A stretch of DNA of 64,000 bases from Hamiltosporidium tvaerminnensis FI-OER-3-3 (lineage: Eukaryota; Fungi; Microsporidia), in assembly GCA_022605425.2 (NCBI GenBank), contig CM061247.1, positions 558,001 to 622,000 on the forward strand. The letters are read 5' to 3'. Shown here one piece after another: positions 1 through 14,039 of this stretch. The notes beneath the pieces are model-generated. The model saw only the letters and a list, made by a program, of their open reading frames with translations, was not told where the DNA came from and did not search any database. Position 1 is the stretch's first letter. The number at the start of each line of letters is the position of its first letter. The translations under genes were made by a program, and so were the position numbers.

Positions 1-129
1 ATACTTTTATCTAAGTTTTTGTTACTCGATTATCCTCTAGATTTTTACGTTACTTTTAATTTATAAGTAGGTTAAACTATTTATAGACACAAATTATATA
101 ATTGCAAGGTATTTCACCTTTTGAAATTA

Positions 130-1330
130 TTAAAGATCTTTTTTCTTTATAATTCTGACGAGAATTGGAAATGATTTATATATGTCATCCAAGGAGCTGG
201 GAGACTCGGAAAACATATATACCCACCCTACATTAATGCGTAAGAAATTTTGGAGCAATGAAATGCTAGACTTTATGAACAGAATAGTGTGGATAACATT
301 TTCGAAATCAAAATATGGAAAAGAGTCAGATATTAAATATAGGTCAAATAACCTGACAATTAGATAGAATAAGCAAGAAAAGAAAAAGAAATATAACATT
401 GAATAGAATTTAGTTTTTTATGGAACATTTTTACTGTGCAAAATTGTATAAAGTATTCAGATAGTTTTAAAGACGAGGAAATAACTACATTAAAATCATC
501 TGTTGGTTAAGAATAGTATTAATCGGTGTGGAAAACATTGTTTGTGCTTTTATTTGGATGATACTTATAAAATTCTTGGTTTTTGCATAGTGATTTGAAT
601 AGAGATGATATTGTCTATAAAATGGTAAAAAAAATTCTAACAACTTAATTCGTAGTTTTTCATGAACTGGATTTAAATCCAAACTTAACCTTTAAGGAAT
701 CGCTGATGTAAACCCTAAAAATCTAGCTTGTCTCACTCCTTCAATTTGCATGACTTTGAGCCTGTGATATAAAAAAAAATGCTTTTCAAAAATCTAGGTA
801 AGATGGGTCGTAGATTATTTATCGGAATGGCTTTAAAACGTCTGACAAACCACAGAAAAGCTGTCAAGACATATTTTGGAGAGCTGTTTCTTAGATTAGA
901 GAAACTTGTTTTGAAAAAACAGCTGGTCTAGGGGGAGCTTAGGTGAATTCGGACCGAGAATAATCCAAAGTAACGAATATTAATGAACTAAGGACAACCA
1001 CTTAGCTGATTTTAATAGAGTATACATACTCATATATGAAATATAGAGGTTATAAGTATCTTGAGAGATACTGGTAGACTTCGATAATGGTTTCTATGTG
1101 CAAACTAGAACCAAATTATTGTCATGAAAAAAATTTAAGTCTTCCACTTTAAAAAAGCATTTACTATTTATAAACCAAGCAGAATTATCCTTGTTTTTTT
1201 GCCTTATAAATCGTTCTATATTAAAATGCTGAGTAAAAAATCCAGCAAATTATAAATCAGGCAATAAAAATAAAATGTCTGGTGAAATTAAAGAGCGCAA
1301 TATTCTAAGGAAACATGTATTATAATATAT
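130..1330 (+). mobile_element. Highly decayed non-LTR retrotransposon remnant
   Basis: ORF 182..367 contains 'EMLDFMNRIV', resembling 'VLDLINRIV' in the retroelement at 47.2 kb; a YKYL-like patch lies near 1050. No intact frame. Confidence 0.3.
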
Positions 1331-2289
1331 TTTCTGAAAGATACTTTATAAACTTTAGTCAAGTAACTAACGAGTGATTTTTTTCTAGATTTGTTTAAAA
1401 AAAATTGTAGGCATTAATGAATTAAAAAGTGAAACAGATTTTTTCTATTTAAAAAGATAATAAATAATTATTTTAAAAGGTATAATCTGGTATAATCTAT
1501 ATATGATGAATCATTATTGAATATTTCAAGAGGCTACTTGGATCCGGGAATAAACAAATTGATATTAAATATAATTTTTACAAAGATCAAAATTAAAACG
1601 AAAATTTATTCAAAAATGGCATTCTCATTTCATGTGTCGAGATTACATTTATGATGAACCGCGCCGAAAAAGTATTTTTATAAGTGAAATATTTGATTTT
1701 AACGCGTCCAACGATATCAACATTGAAACTTTCTGTATATAAAATTTTATCAGTGACCTTTGAATTATTGAAAAAAATATATAGTTTAACACAAAAATGC
1801 ATTTGTTGAGTTCTCCTTAATTTTTTAACATGTGATCAAATATTTGTGATTGACCAATTATACATGAAAAAAATGTATTTTGTTGATATTCTTAACTAAT
1901 TAAAAATTAAAACGTATATATAAAATAAGTAGTGGGTGTCATATATCACCAAAGCATTTAAATATTCATTTTCGAGGTTCCTTAATACATAGAATTATAG
2001 ATTACAGTAATTTTACCGAAATTTTAAAGGTTTGTTGTTACTTGTGATGAAAAAAAAATATTAAAATTTTAAATATATTCAAAGATAACACGAAGATTAC
2101 GTATTTTTCTATTTGATGTAGTAATAAAAGTTTTTAAAATACGATCTGAAATTTATTTTAACTTTTTTTCTAATGTGAGATTCTTTATTCAAGCTAATAT
2201 ATTACTCTATGTATTTTTAATTAGATTGCAACGAAAAAAACCAAATATGTTATATTTGAAGGAATTCACACATCTAAAACCTTTAATTT

Positions 2290-2505
2290 ATTTAATAACT
2301 TGCTTCTTCGCTACGGATGGAACACAATCCAACGATGAATCATAGCTTCGCTAAGTTCTAAGCGTTCCAAAGACTTCTTTCTTGGAATTGGTTAGCATGT
2401 CAGCCTCACGCAAACTTTCCGAATGAAAGATAAAGAGTGCACCGAAACCGAACCCAAACCTTCAGAAATAAATTCAGATATCCTCCCCACTAGACCATAG
2501 GCGAC
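2290..2505 (-). mobile_element. tRNA-derived SINE-like element or tRNA pseudogene with GC-richer body
   Basis: Minus strand reads GTCGCCTATGGTCTAGTGGGGAGGATA...GGTTTGGGTTCGGTTTC: A-box TGGTCTAGTGG and a degenerate B-box at tRNA spacing; the acceptor stem does not pair. Confidence 0.45.
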
Positions 2506-3189
2506 TATCTGAAATGTTAGGAAATAAAAATTCAACAATTAAAAAAATATACATGTAAAAGAATGCTATCTATAACTTTCATTGTCTTTTACTGAATTCA
2601 AACGTATTATTAATAATATTTCCCTGTATTAATTAAATTATAGTTATTTTTCATGGTGATTGTTTTTATAGATTTATTTGATAAATATCTGTTCTGTTAA
2701 AAAATCGAAAATTTTATTTGTTCTATAGATAATTAATTGCATTCAAAATTTATACAATAATGAATAAAAAAAATAGTTTTTGCCATATAATTTTTAACGC
2801 TTAGTTAACCAAAGTATAATGGAAAAGGTTGTAACATATCATAATAGATAATTTCAAATTGAAATAAATAGCACTTTTAAAATTATAAAAAGCTAACTGG
2901 CTCCAAAAAATCATCTGATAAGTTTAATAGAGATTCAAGTTCCTAAATTTTTTCATGGATTTATTATCTTGTCAAATATTATAATTGATGTTTAATTGAA
3001 TTGATCAGGCTGATATGAATTATAATATATCCAAGTATTATTAAGTTCAAAACGCAAAAAAAATTACATGTTAGAATAGTTAGGTTTTAAAAGTTTGATT
3101 TGTGTGCAAAAAAACAAATTTTGTCATTTATCTTAAATGACAGCCATTTCATTGCTCTTTATGCGAAATCGAAAAACTTTCATCTTTAG

Positions 3190-3800
3190 GTTATACAGAG
3201 AAGTATCTTATTTACTGTTGCAAAACTTTACTGCTGTTTCTAAGTGCTCTCGCGCGCTTTAAAAGCCCGGGCCTTTTCAATAATCTTTCTTCCTGCTTAT
3301 TATTTTGAGCTCTTGTTCTCCAGTCTATTATATTTAGCCTCTTAAGATCTTTCTTCCGCAGCATCTTTGATCTTTTCTTTGGTCTATTCCTTCTTCCTTC
3401 TAACATTAGATTTATGCATGTAAACTAACTTGCTCCTTGATCGGTAGACATTAGTATTATATTTCCTCGAAGTCTTAGTTTTTTTATTTCATTAACCAAA
3501 TTTTATTCAGAATTTAGACTTTAATTTTTTTATTCGTTTTTATTTTTTCCTCAATTGTTATGGTTTTTGGGTCATGGTTCTGGAAAAATCTTTATTTCTC
3601 ATTGTCTAAAAGTGTTTCATGTTTTTTTAGATCCAAAGCTTTAGATCTATAATTACAGTCCGCTTTATGATAGTCCTTATATTTTTTTTATTTAAATTCC
3701 TACATATATATCTTGTTTCTATAAGCTTTTCATCACAAAGTAAACTTTATTTTCTGCCTTCATCTGTTTCTTTACTTCCTCAATGCTTTTGTTCTTTATT
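3190..3800 (-). mobile_element. Possible decayed LTR (Ty3/Gypsy) gag-protease remnant
   Basis: Minus-strand patch 'ILMSTDQGAS' resembles the retropepsin DTGAS motif; K/R-rich broken frames surround it. Confidence 0.2.
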
Positions 3801-4850
3801 TATAAGAGTTGTTAGATATTTAAAGCTAATATTTTTTCGAAGTTAAAGGAGTAAACCAAGTTTATATTTACATGCAAATGAAATTGATGTAATTTCATTA
3901 AGATTTATGACTCAATCTTCTATAATCTTAAATAAAACCAGATTAAAAGAAAAAATGTAAAAATAAAGGACTGTCTTAAAAATCATTGACCTGGTTTAGA
4001 AAACAGAATATGACTTATGGAACATGAAATGTAAGATATTCGACAGGAGAATAGAAATATATGTGAATGATAAAATGAGCTGACACCAAAAAGGGCTTTC
4101 TATGAATGTAGAATAAAACACGGAAGTGCTATGACATAAACTCTCGCCGGAATACGTTGACGCTTCATCTGTTCATCCATAATCTCGTGGAGTAAAAAAC
4201 CGTTTAACCTCTTAATAATTCATTAAATGTCAAAAAATGTATGTATCAAATATTTGCAAAAATTTTAATACTGTTTAAAGTTCTATTTGATATTTCGAAA
4301 CAGCGAAATAAAGATCTTTCTATTTTACGATATTTACTGTTTAAAAGATATTTAAATTGATTAGGTTTTTCTAATAAAGTCAAATTTCTATTACTAAGGC
4401 ATATCAAAAAAAATAATATATCAATATAATGGAATCTACAAAATCACATTTTTCCAATTATCTTAATTCAGTATATAAATCTTAAATATACATGATTTAA
4501 ATAAGATAGATCCTCTGTTTTTAGATGCTAATCATAGTTTAGATGAATTTAAACAATGAGAACATATTTGAACTTTTACTTTCACTTAAATCCAAATCAA
4601 CTTTATTTTTTTTTAATAATTGTGTTTGTTGCTTAATTTTAAACTCAAATCATTTTGGATTCGGAATATTGGTTAGGTTAAAATTTTTTGATTACTTTAC
4701 AAGTTGAATATTTAACCTACATTATTTTAATATGCCCAAAACCATTATAGAACATTATATTAGTCTATATTTTATAGAATAAACAAAACAAACTTGAAAC
4801 ATATATTGTTTGGTAAATAAAATTTCCAAATAAATGTAAATAAATATTTT

Positions 4851-5771
4851 ATGATTTCTTTTATACTAAAAAAAGCAAATGAAGCATTTGAATCTTTAAC
4901 TGGAATGAAATTTACAAAATGCTCAAGAAGTCCATTCGATATAAACACCAATGATGAAAATCAAACAAACCAATCAGAGGAAATTATTCCGAAAAAATTA
5001 GAATATATGGTTCCTTTTAATGTTAAAAAATCATATTCTTTTTTTATAAAATATGGTAATTTAACAAGAAGTGAAAGGATATATTTATCAGAATATTGTT
5101 TCATTAATTTGAATAATATTTCAAGGTGCATATCTGTTACTAAAATTATTTTCATTGTCAAAGGCTTCTTTACAAAGCGCAAAAATTTTATATCGTTGAA
5201 AAGAAAGATCAATCCATTTGTTTTTGAATTAATTGATTATTTAAAAAAAGATGGTACAGACAAAATTGGTATTTTTAGAATTCCTGGCAAGAGTAATATT
5301 TATAATCAAATCTCAAAAGATTTAGGAGAAGGTAAAACATATCATATAGAATCATATGATATTAATACAAATGCTTCTATACTAAAGGCTTATATAAGAG
5401 AGATTCTCGATGGTTTAATACCTATTGAAGTTTGTAAAGCCTTATTTGAAATTGCCAATCAGAACGATCAAGAAAAAATTTCAAAGGTTAGAGAAGTGTT
5501 ACCATTTATTTTTTTAGAAGACTATAGATTTTTGATTATAAAAATTATTGATCTTTTAAAAACCATAGATTCACATTCCTGCATTAATAAAATGACGATG
5601 TCTAATCTTTTAATTATTTTTACACCAGCTTTTTTTCCAAAGAGTGTAACGAATAGCTATGAAATACTTGCATTGGAAGGAAAAATATTAGAACTACTTA
5701 CCTATTTGGATTTTGAAAATATTTCATTGGTCCTATTATTGGAAGCTAAAAAATATTTTGAACTTAAATAA
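4851..5771 (+). CDS. Rho GTPase-activating protein (RhoGAP domain)
   Basis: 306-aa ORF with GIFRIPG arginine finger, ASILKAYIRE and NKMTMSNLLIIFTPAF motifs. Confidence 0.9.
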   Translation: MISFILKKANEAFESLTGMKFTKCSRSPFDINTNDENQTNQSEEIIPKKLEYMVPFNVKKSYSFFIKYGNLTRSERIYLSEYCFINLNNISRCISVTKIIFIVKGFFTKRKNFISLKRKINPFVFELIDYLKKDGTDKIGIFRIPGKSNIYNQISKDLGEGKTYHIESYDINTNASILKAYIREILDGLIPIEVCKALFEIANQNDQEKISKVREVLPFIFLEDYRFLIIKIIDLLKTIDSHSCINKMTMSNLLIIFTPAFFPKSVTNSYEILALEGKILELLTYLDFENISLVLLLEAKKYFELK

Positions 5772-5789
5772 AATATATTCTCTAAATTC

Positions 5790-6515
5790 TTCATTTAAGA
5801 ATACTACATCTTTTTCAAAACTTTGGCAAATTTTATATTTGTTTTCATGACATTAATGCAGTTCTAAGTTTAACATAAATAACGGCTACCCAATACACCA
5901 TCAGTACCCTCTGCGATACCGACGTTCAAAAGCCTTTCATCTAACAGGTATGTAGAGCTTAATTAATAAGCGAGGTGGTTGCCCATAGTTCGTTAATGTC
6001 TGTTACATGAAGTATGGTTGTATTTCTTAACTAACCCTGGGTCTCTGAAGACTATGCAGCATTCCCACTTACTCTACACTTTCGGAACCTAATAAACTTA
6101 TATCTAAGATATATTTCAGAGGCTTACATGGGGTCCACATAGAAACTGCAATTTCATACCAACAGATACAACCTGATACTTAGTTTTCCTGGCTTTAAGT
6201 GTTTTTATTTTTATATCTCTTTTGCGCTAAGATTTCTAACCCGAGTGAGCAAGGCTAGATTTCCATGCTTTTACATGAAAATTACCTACATGTTCAGCTG
6301 TTGTCTACAATCTAATTACTTAAAAAACAACAAAAAATTTTGTAGAAAAAGTTTCGCTATTTCGTAGACCTTCTCCTCTTCATACAAACTCCGATGGAAC
6401 AACCAAAGATGTAGTGTGGTTTTATTACCATCAAAAATCCAAACAATGATCCTCACACCAGTTTCACATACTCATTGCCAAGCAGATGGCTTTTTATGTG
6501 GTTTTCCACCTTCCA
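5790..6515 (-). repeat. Dispersed non-coding repeat family, copy A
   Basis: Collinear similarity to copies at 37.6, 54.5 and 61.7 kb (e.g. CATTGCCAAGCAGA, CCGAGTGAGCAAGGCTA, CTAAGATATATTTCAGA). Confidence 0.9.
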
Positions 6516-7973
6516 ACTTTTTTTAAAATATATAGTTAATTAAATTTAATTGGGTCAATAACCGCAAGATTTAATATTATCTTTATATTTATTTCGATAT
6601 ATAAATTTGTAATGTATCTGTTAGATGATTTTAAAATAAAGTTAGATTACATTAAGATGTTATCAATTCAGAAAAAAACTAAAATACTTTCAGTTTTCCA
6701 AAACCATTATTTTTAGATTCACATGGAAATTATTTCAGATAAATATACTTCATTTATATGCAATAATTTAATTTAATCTAAAGGTCACAAATCGATTTAA
6801 ACCTAAATATAAATTACAAATATAAAAATTCTACCATCGTCTTTTCATTCTTTAACAGTTAATTTAATTTTTATTTTCAGATTATATTGCTTATCCTAAT
6901 CTTTTTTTTCGTAATTTTATTAATTTTGGCTCATTTTATACACTAAATCCTAAGATTTTTAATTCGCATTTTATACATTAAAAAACTATAAATTTGTGTT
7001 TTTATTAATATTTCGTGTAAAACTTAATTATTAAACCAGAAATTATAACATTTATGGTTAACTTTTGACATTCGAATATTTCAAACACATAGTTTAAATT
7101 TTGCATGTATTAAAAAAATAGTTTACATTTGAAAAATTCAATTTATAGGCGCTATCGGGATTTTGAATAAATATTTTGAAATCATTACGTAATGTTTTCC
7201 ATAAGAATTTTATTGTGCAGATGAATTTTTTTTCTTATTCTAATAGATATAATGGTCGGATTTACGTTCTCTACACCTAGTTTCTTTCAAAGTAAATAAA
7301 ACATTATTTTGAAAAGACATTTTTATTAAAAATTTCGTATATTTATATTTATACGTGACCAATAATATAACGTATCATATCTCATCGATGTCAGATAATT
7401 CGATCTAGATACCTTCATGAAGTAATTGGGTTATATTGGACCTAATTATATACCTTCATGATGCTCATTTGCAACAATAATTATCTTAGTTTTCGAAAAT
7501 TAAACATTTGATATTATGTAACAAATTTATTTATGTTAAAGATTTTATTTCATACAATACTATATTTCTATATTAAGTATAGCATTGGGTAACCGAAAAC
7601 TTTTTTTAATTTTTTCTAACTTTTTAAAAAAGCAGATCGAAATCAACATGAGGTAATAAAACAAATCAAGTTATTCGACTAAAAGAATATAAAATTTTTA
7701 AAGTTGTTTATATGGCATAATAAAACATCCTTTTCACCTAAAAAATAGTTTATATTTAAGAAATTATACTTATAAAATATTATAACAAATCATTGAGAGG
7801 GTTGTACAATTAAATATATTATTGAACCATAATTTGCAAATTTATGCATGGTTTTATTCCTTTAATGCGCCGTTAGATTGAAAACATATAATTTTTCTAC
7901 TGTGAATATGATTGTCTGTCTTTGTACCTTATCTATTTTTATCAGATAAAAAAAATTGTTTGTATATTTCTGC

Positions 7974-8020
7974 AATATGTTTAGTTATTTCTCTAATATG
8001 TTTAGTTATTTCTCGAATAT
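7974..8020. repeat. Short tandem duplication, 21-bp unit x2
   Basis: AATATGTTTAGTTATTTCTC occurs twice head-to-tail. Confidence 0.8.
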
Positions 8021-10898
8021 TTATATTATAAAAAAATAACTCCTTAAAAATTCAGCCCTATAAACTTTATTCTTACTAAATATTTTTATACAATATTATA
8101 CGCATTTTTTCAATATTTTTATAGCATACCTTAATATAAGTAGAGCTATTCGTTATCATACTTTCTATTTTCGCTGTTTAGGTTTAATTTTTTGATCTAT
8201 TATTTCATTTTTGGATATATTTATGTATACACAACTATAGATTTATTTTTTATATTAAAACTCGATTTATACTCGAATCAACCTTTTAATTTTAGAGTAA
8301 ACCAACGACTTGAAAATCTCATACTGATGTTTGATGAATTTAAAAAAATGGATTTGAAAAATTTAGAAATATTTTTCAATAGATTAACTAGATTTTGAAT
8401 TGCCAGGATGGATATCTTTTGTAAGTGCAGCTATAGAACCTAGAACTCTAGTCTGGTTTATTGGTGTTATATTTCATACTTCTTGAGAAATATAAAGTTT
8501 CGAAGCTATTTTTTTATATTTCACAACATAATCATTTCTATTTGTAATTTTGCTTAAAAATTGCAAAAAATTTATACTATTTTATGGGTAACCTAGTCGT
8601 GATATTCATTTGAAACGACTTCTTTGTTTACAAAGAACATTTATACATTACGGTTTTCTAATTGTGTTTTATTTTCTCTTTTTTTTGCTAATCGAAAAAG
8701 AATTTCGCTGAATTTATAAAATTTTTTCTATTCCCAGGTAGAGATATAGAATATCCTTCATAAGATTTACAGTTAGTTTTCTATATGTAATAAATACTTC
8801 TAGGTTTTGATTGATTTGTTCAGTATAATCATACATTTTTTTTATTTTTTATCGATCTGTTAATTTTGTGAACTTTTTTTAAGCAGATGATTTCAACATA
8901 TTATATGATTTTTTGTATTGTAAAAGTCTAATTGACAAATTTCAACTCTATACTTAGATTCTAGTAAAACATAGCCATTGTAATTTAAACGACAATTTGG
9001 ATCTAAGACTTTGCGTTCTGAAGAAAGACACCAAAACCTTCACGTAAATAGATGCATTTTTTATAGGCTGTTTGCAATTTTTTACAAAAACATACACCTA
9101 ATTTTTATAAATTAGAAGGAATACTTCTTTTCATCAGAACTAGTATATTAATGCAATTTTAACTTCATTAATTTTTAAATTTATTCCATCTTGGGTTCAA
9201 TCATATATATTTTTAAGGATCATGATTTCTATATATTAATCAGAGTTTCTATATATTTTATTCAAAAAGATACATTTTCCTTTGAAATTTTAAAATGAAT
9301 ATGTTATTTGTTTTTCAGATCCTAGCCTTTTTCTTTTCTTCGGAAATATCAACGTTTACTAATTTCATCTTTCATGGTAAATCATAAGAATACTTTATTA
9401 AATTTGTAATTTTGATTTTTTACTCAATTTATTTTTGATAATCTGTTTAATATTTTAAAAAGCCTATTTCCTAATTCAGAAATAGTAGCACTGTGTTTCT
9501 GGACATTCTAATAATATTTTTACAGAAAAATTCCTTTCTTTATGCATTCATATATTAAGTATATATTTTAAAGGGTTATGTTGTTTATAAGCTTTTACTA
9601 AGTAAATCTTACCGAAAGTATATATTTTACTGGTTTATTACAGAAAACAAATATTTCGTAATGTAAATAAAAATCTTAAATGCTCAAAAATATAATCTAA
9701 TTCCTGTATATTTCTAATGCAATACTCATAATTAAATTTTATGATTGAAAATTAAATAAAGTATAGATTATATTCAACAATAAACAATTATAAAATAAAA
9801 TAGGCTTGAGTTAATTTTGACGAAAAAAATTATAATCATAAAATTACCTGCGTATTTCAATATGTTGTTATAAATTCTAAAAAAAATCAGATACAAATGC
9901 TTTTACTTTTTCAAAATCTCCTTTTTTTTAAAAAATTATTTGTTAGATTTATGCCGACTTTATTTCTTAAAATAAAAATTAATTTTAGTTTTTTAATATA
10001 TCTTTTATTATATTGCAATTTAACTTCTTGAATAAATAAAAATATGTTTGACACATTATTGCTTATTAAAAACTAATTGTTTTGTTGAAACTCAAGATAT
10101 GTTTTGTTTTTCTATAATTATTTATAATTTACTTATGAAATCATATTTGATTGGTAATTTGACTTTTTCTAACTATTTAAAAAGTTCTTTAGAAATTAGA
10201 ATACCTAGAATCAGTATGATACTAATTTTGAATAAAAAAAATTTGTTTTTAATGTTTTCAATTGTTAATTTAATAATATGATGAATATCATTGTTTCCCG
10301 ATAATCTTATTATATTTGATATGCAGGTTATTTCGAAAATCTTGTACATAGTTATAATTTATGTAAAGTTTCACCAAGACTCGCACAAAAAATATTGCTT
10401 TTTACAAAAAGATATTAGAAAAACTCGTCATTATTTTTTATCCTTTAAACCCTATTTAAGGTTTAGTTTATAGAGAAACTATCTAAATAAATTCTAATTA
10501 TTTTTAGTCGATAATCTAAATGTAAATATTTTTTTACGAAAAATTCAAACGAACAAATGCTCGCAGTGAGTCGAAGTATTTAAATTAAAATGAGCCTATA
10601 AAACATTATATGGTTTTAATTCTAATAAATTCACTGCGTTTTTGCAAATATTTTATCTAGAGTATTAAATTATAACGCCGATATGAATGGGAACATTCCT
10701 TTTAAAGTAAGATATAATATATGTCTCTAATAGAAAAATCAAATCGAAATTTAGACGATTTTGTTATGTAATAAAGGATAAATTCAATAAAAATGGATTA
10801 TTTATGAAATATACATGTTCTTTTGGTTTTATAGTTTTGAAAATAATTTATGTTGTAAGGCGAAATAAAAAAAAGTATTTTTAGAAATATTTATACAT

Positions 10899-11847
10899 TT
10901 ATTTTTGTTTCCTAAAATATTTTATTATTTTAGAAATCTTATTGTCTTTTTGTGAGCTTATTTCTATAATTTTATTTGGTTCCTTCAATGAAATTATTTT
11001 TTGGTCAATAAAAGCATTATATTCTTCTCTACTTATATTTAAAGATTTAAATTCGATTCTTTCAATAAATGATATCGCAGTATCTAAAAGCGCAAGATAA
11101 TAGGTTGTTTCGTTGTAATTGTTCATACATTCATCAAGACAATCACAAATTTCTTTTGGTTCCACAAAATTTAAAAAATTGTTGTTTAAATGTGTACAAT
11201 TATGTTGACATCGATTAAAATTCTTATGTTTATAATAATTCATGAATAATTTTTCTATATAAACATTATGTATATCCGATTTGATAATGGAATAGATCAA
11301 AATTGGTAAAATTTCTTCTGCTCCTTTTTCAATTCCAATTTCTTTGTAACAAAATTTTATATGTTTCATATAACAATTTATTTTTTCTGTTGGTGTTCTA
11401 TAAAAAGGCAATTTACTAAAATTTATTAAAGAATTATTCAAAATACACGTGTCAAGTTTAATCTCCAAATGCTCTGATTCAATCCAACTGTAAAGCATTA
11501 ATTGGTTGTTAATAAAAGTATTTCTATCGGCATTCTCTTGTTTATTTAATCTAATTAGAAATTAATTACTTTTTATATAATACTTCACCCATTTGACTAA
11601 ATACATATTTTTCCGTAATAAACAAGCCATATTCACACAAAATTAATTTTTTCTTAAATAAATAATCATAAAATATCTGAAAAACAGCAGGAGTAATATT
11701 CTCTATTTCCTTTATATCATGAATAAAACTTAAATTAGAAATGACTTACGATTCTGTAAAATTAAAAAGTTGATTCTGATTATCTTTTAAAGACAATAGA
11801 AAGAAATGTATGCAGCCTTTTCTACATTCTGTCGATTCATTATTCAT
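10899..11847 (-). CDS. VPS9: VPS9-domain Rab5 GEF, three exons (11847-11750, 11728-11570, 11550-10899; 302 aa)
   Basis: VPS9 motifs (TPTEKINC, GAEEILPILIYSIIKS, YYLALLDTAISFI). ATG at 11847 follows CCCACCCTTA; removing two micro-introns gives a 909-nt stop-free frame. Confidence 0.82.
11551..11569 (-). other. 19-nt spliceosomal-type intron (VPS9 intron 2)
   Basis: GTAATTAATTTCTAATTAG; GT..AG with CTAAT branch motif; removal corrects a frameshift and joins ...LYK|KLNKQENADRNTFINNQLMLYSW. Confidence 0.75.
11729..11749 (-). other. 21-nt spliceosomal-type intron (VPS9 intron 1)
   Basis: GTAAGTCATTTCTAATTTAAG; canonical GTAAGT donor, CTAAT branch motif, AAG acceptor; contains an in-frame TAA that splicing removes. 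Confidence 0.8.
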
Positions 11848-14039
11848 TAAGGGTGGGCTATAGCATTTAACATAAAATAAATTTAAGGTTAGAAATGAAT
11901 TTGATGAATATATTTTTTTTCCAAATAAAACATATTTCCAAATAGAATATCATTAATAATGTGTTTATACAGGCTTGTTTATATTGTTTCTTTTACGCTG
12001 GATTAGTTTTTTTTGCAGTTTCTGAATTATATTACCAGTTTTCGGTTTTATTTGGCTGTTCTTACAATTTGATTTTTTTTTATTTTGAATCGATAAATTA
12101 TTTGCGAACTTTATATACGCAATTAGTGAAATTTCGGCTTTTTAATTTATTTTGTGGCAGTTTTTGCCTAATAGGTGTGTATATGTAACTAATATATTAG
12201 AGCTTTCGTATATCATTTATCTCTGTATAATATGAATGTTTTTTGATATTTTTGTGTTCTTATTAGCATTTGAGTCGAGACGAGAATTCTCTTGCTCAAA
12301 CAAAAGAAATGTTTTGGACTGTTTTTCCAATTAAATATACACTAAAAGTATTTTTTTCAACCTGATATGTAAAACACTGCAAGGTCAATCATAGGTCATT
12401 ACTAAAACAATAATATTCCATGCTATGAAATATAAAATTATCTAAGACTATTCCAAACACCAAACCGATTATATTCGATATCAAGCCTGCTTCGTCATAT
12501 TTTATGTTTATACAAATTGAATTGAATGAATTTAAATGTTTTGACTATTATAGGTATTATCTTATCAATTTTTTTTCTAAAATAAGTATTCCTATTTATT
12601 ATTCTCAATATATACATCAATTTTTATTTTAATACCTCATTTATTTCCAAATATCATTTTTGAAAACTTTCATAAAAACACATACTTTTGGTTTGTTCTA
12701 AGAGCTAAATTTATACTTATTTGAGAGATACAGATGTAAACACAGAATATCTCAGTGTGCCGTCTGTCTTAATAATTTTTAGTTTTTTTCATATTTGGTT
12801 GCAATTCCATACTGTATTACCCGAAAGACATCGGTTTTGGCATTTTTTATACTTTCATTAATATGTTCCTATCAAGAAATGCACATTAATTCCTGTCGAA
12901 TAATTCGATAACCGCTTTATAAAACTAAATTATTAAGTCGAGTCACTAAATAGTTTTTTTTCAGGCTTTATATAACTTCGGATTTAATTCCCGTTTTATT
13001 ATTTGGTTATAAAGGTTTTCAGAAAACCCTTTTTGGTAGTTATTTAGTGACTTATTAAGGTGTCTTATACTTAAATTTACTGAAGTCTTTTATCAACATA
13101 AAGTTTCTTCTATTATCGCATTCTTCTATGTGAATATTTACTAATTTTCTTATATAATTTTTTTTTGTGAAAACTCAAGCGTTGTAGATGCGAATGTTTT
13201 CTTTCGTACCAAATACAGTAACGCTTCTCATAACTTAAGAAATTCATATCTATAATTTTTCCTTAGAACCTGACGTAGATCATACAATTATTTTAAACTA
13301 AATACATATCATTCTATAACTTTATAAATCAGCTAGTCTGAACCTTATTCCTTTTATTTGATAGTCGATTAACTATATCTCATGTTAATTTATAGCATGG
13401 AATGATTTAATTGTTTAAATTTAGTACTAATGCGACTTCTAATTAATTTTATACGTTTCGTGTCTGGTTCTTCTGTCAGACTACATGTACGGTTTATTGG
13501 CTTTTTCTATTTTGTTTAGGTATTAATTACCATTTTAAGTCTCTAAAAAAGTTGCTATTTCTTCACAATATAAATCCACTTAATTGATATCACTTTATTA
13601 AACCAACGAAATTTTCAATGAAGGAAATTGCTTTGGTGAATTATTAAAATATTTGCAAAATCTCCATTTAAGTTTGCATTATATTAAATTTCAATAAATA
13701 TCTTTTTATGAGAACCTGCTTCCCATATATTTCTTGCTATTATATTTTTCTTAAACTAAAAATAAAAAAATTAAATAAAAACGAACAAAATAACATTTTA
13801 TTCTTAGATATGGTTCAATCTATTTGCCAATATTTCTTTCGAGCTATACCTATAATATTTTTAGGTTTAAGTCTTTGATTTCAAATTTTTTAGAATCTAT
13901 TTAAAAAATCCAGTTTCTATGTGGTATAACAGCTAACAGTCATAAATTTATAAATATGTCTAATACAAGAATATACTTGCATTATCTTAATAAAATATTT
14001 TTTTTATATATATAAATCAGTGTCACCATTTATTTTGAT

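Noticed and set aside
1896-1913. Possible 18-nt intron GTTTTAATTTTTAATTAG upstream of ORF 1593-1802
   Set aside because: Non-consensus donor and no recognisable protein results.
3192-3215. ATACAGAGAAG resembling the U6 snRNA ACAGAGA box
   Set aside because: Not followed by ATTAGC or the U6 internal stem-loop.
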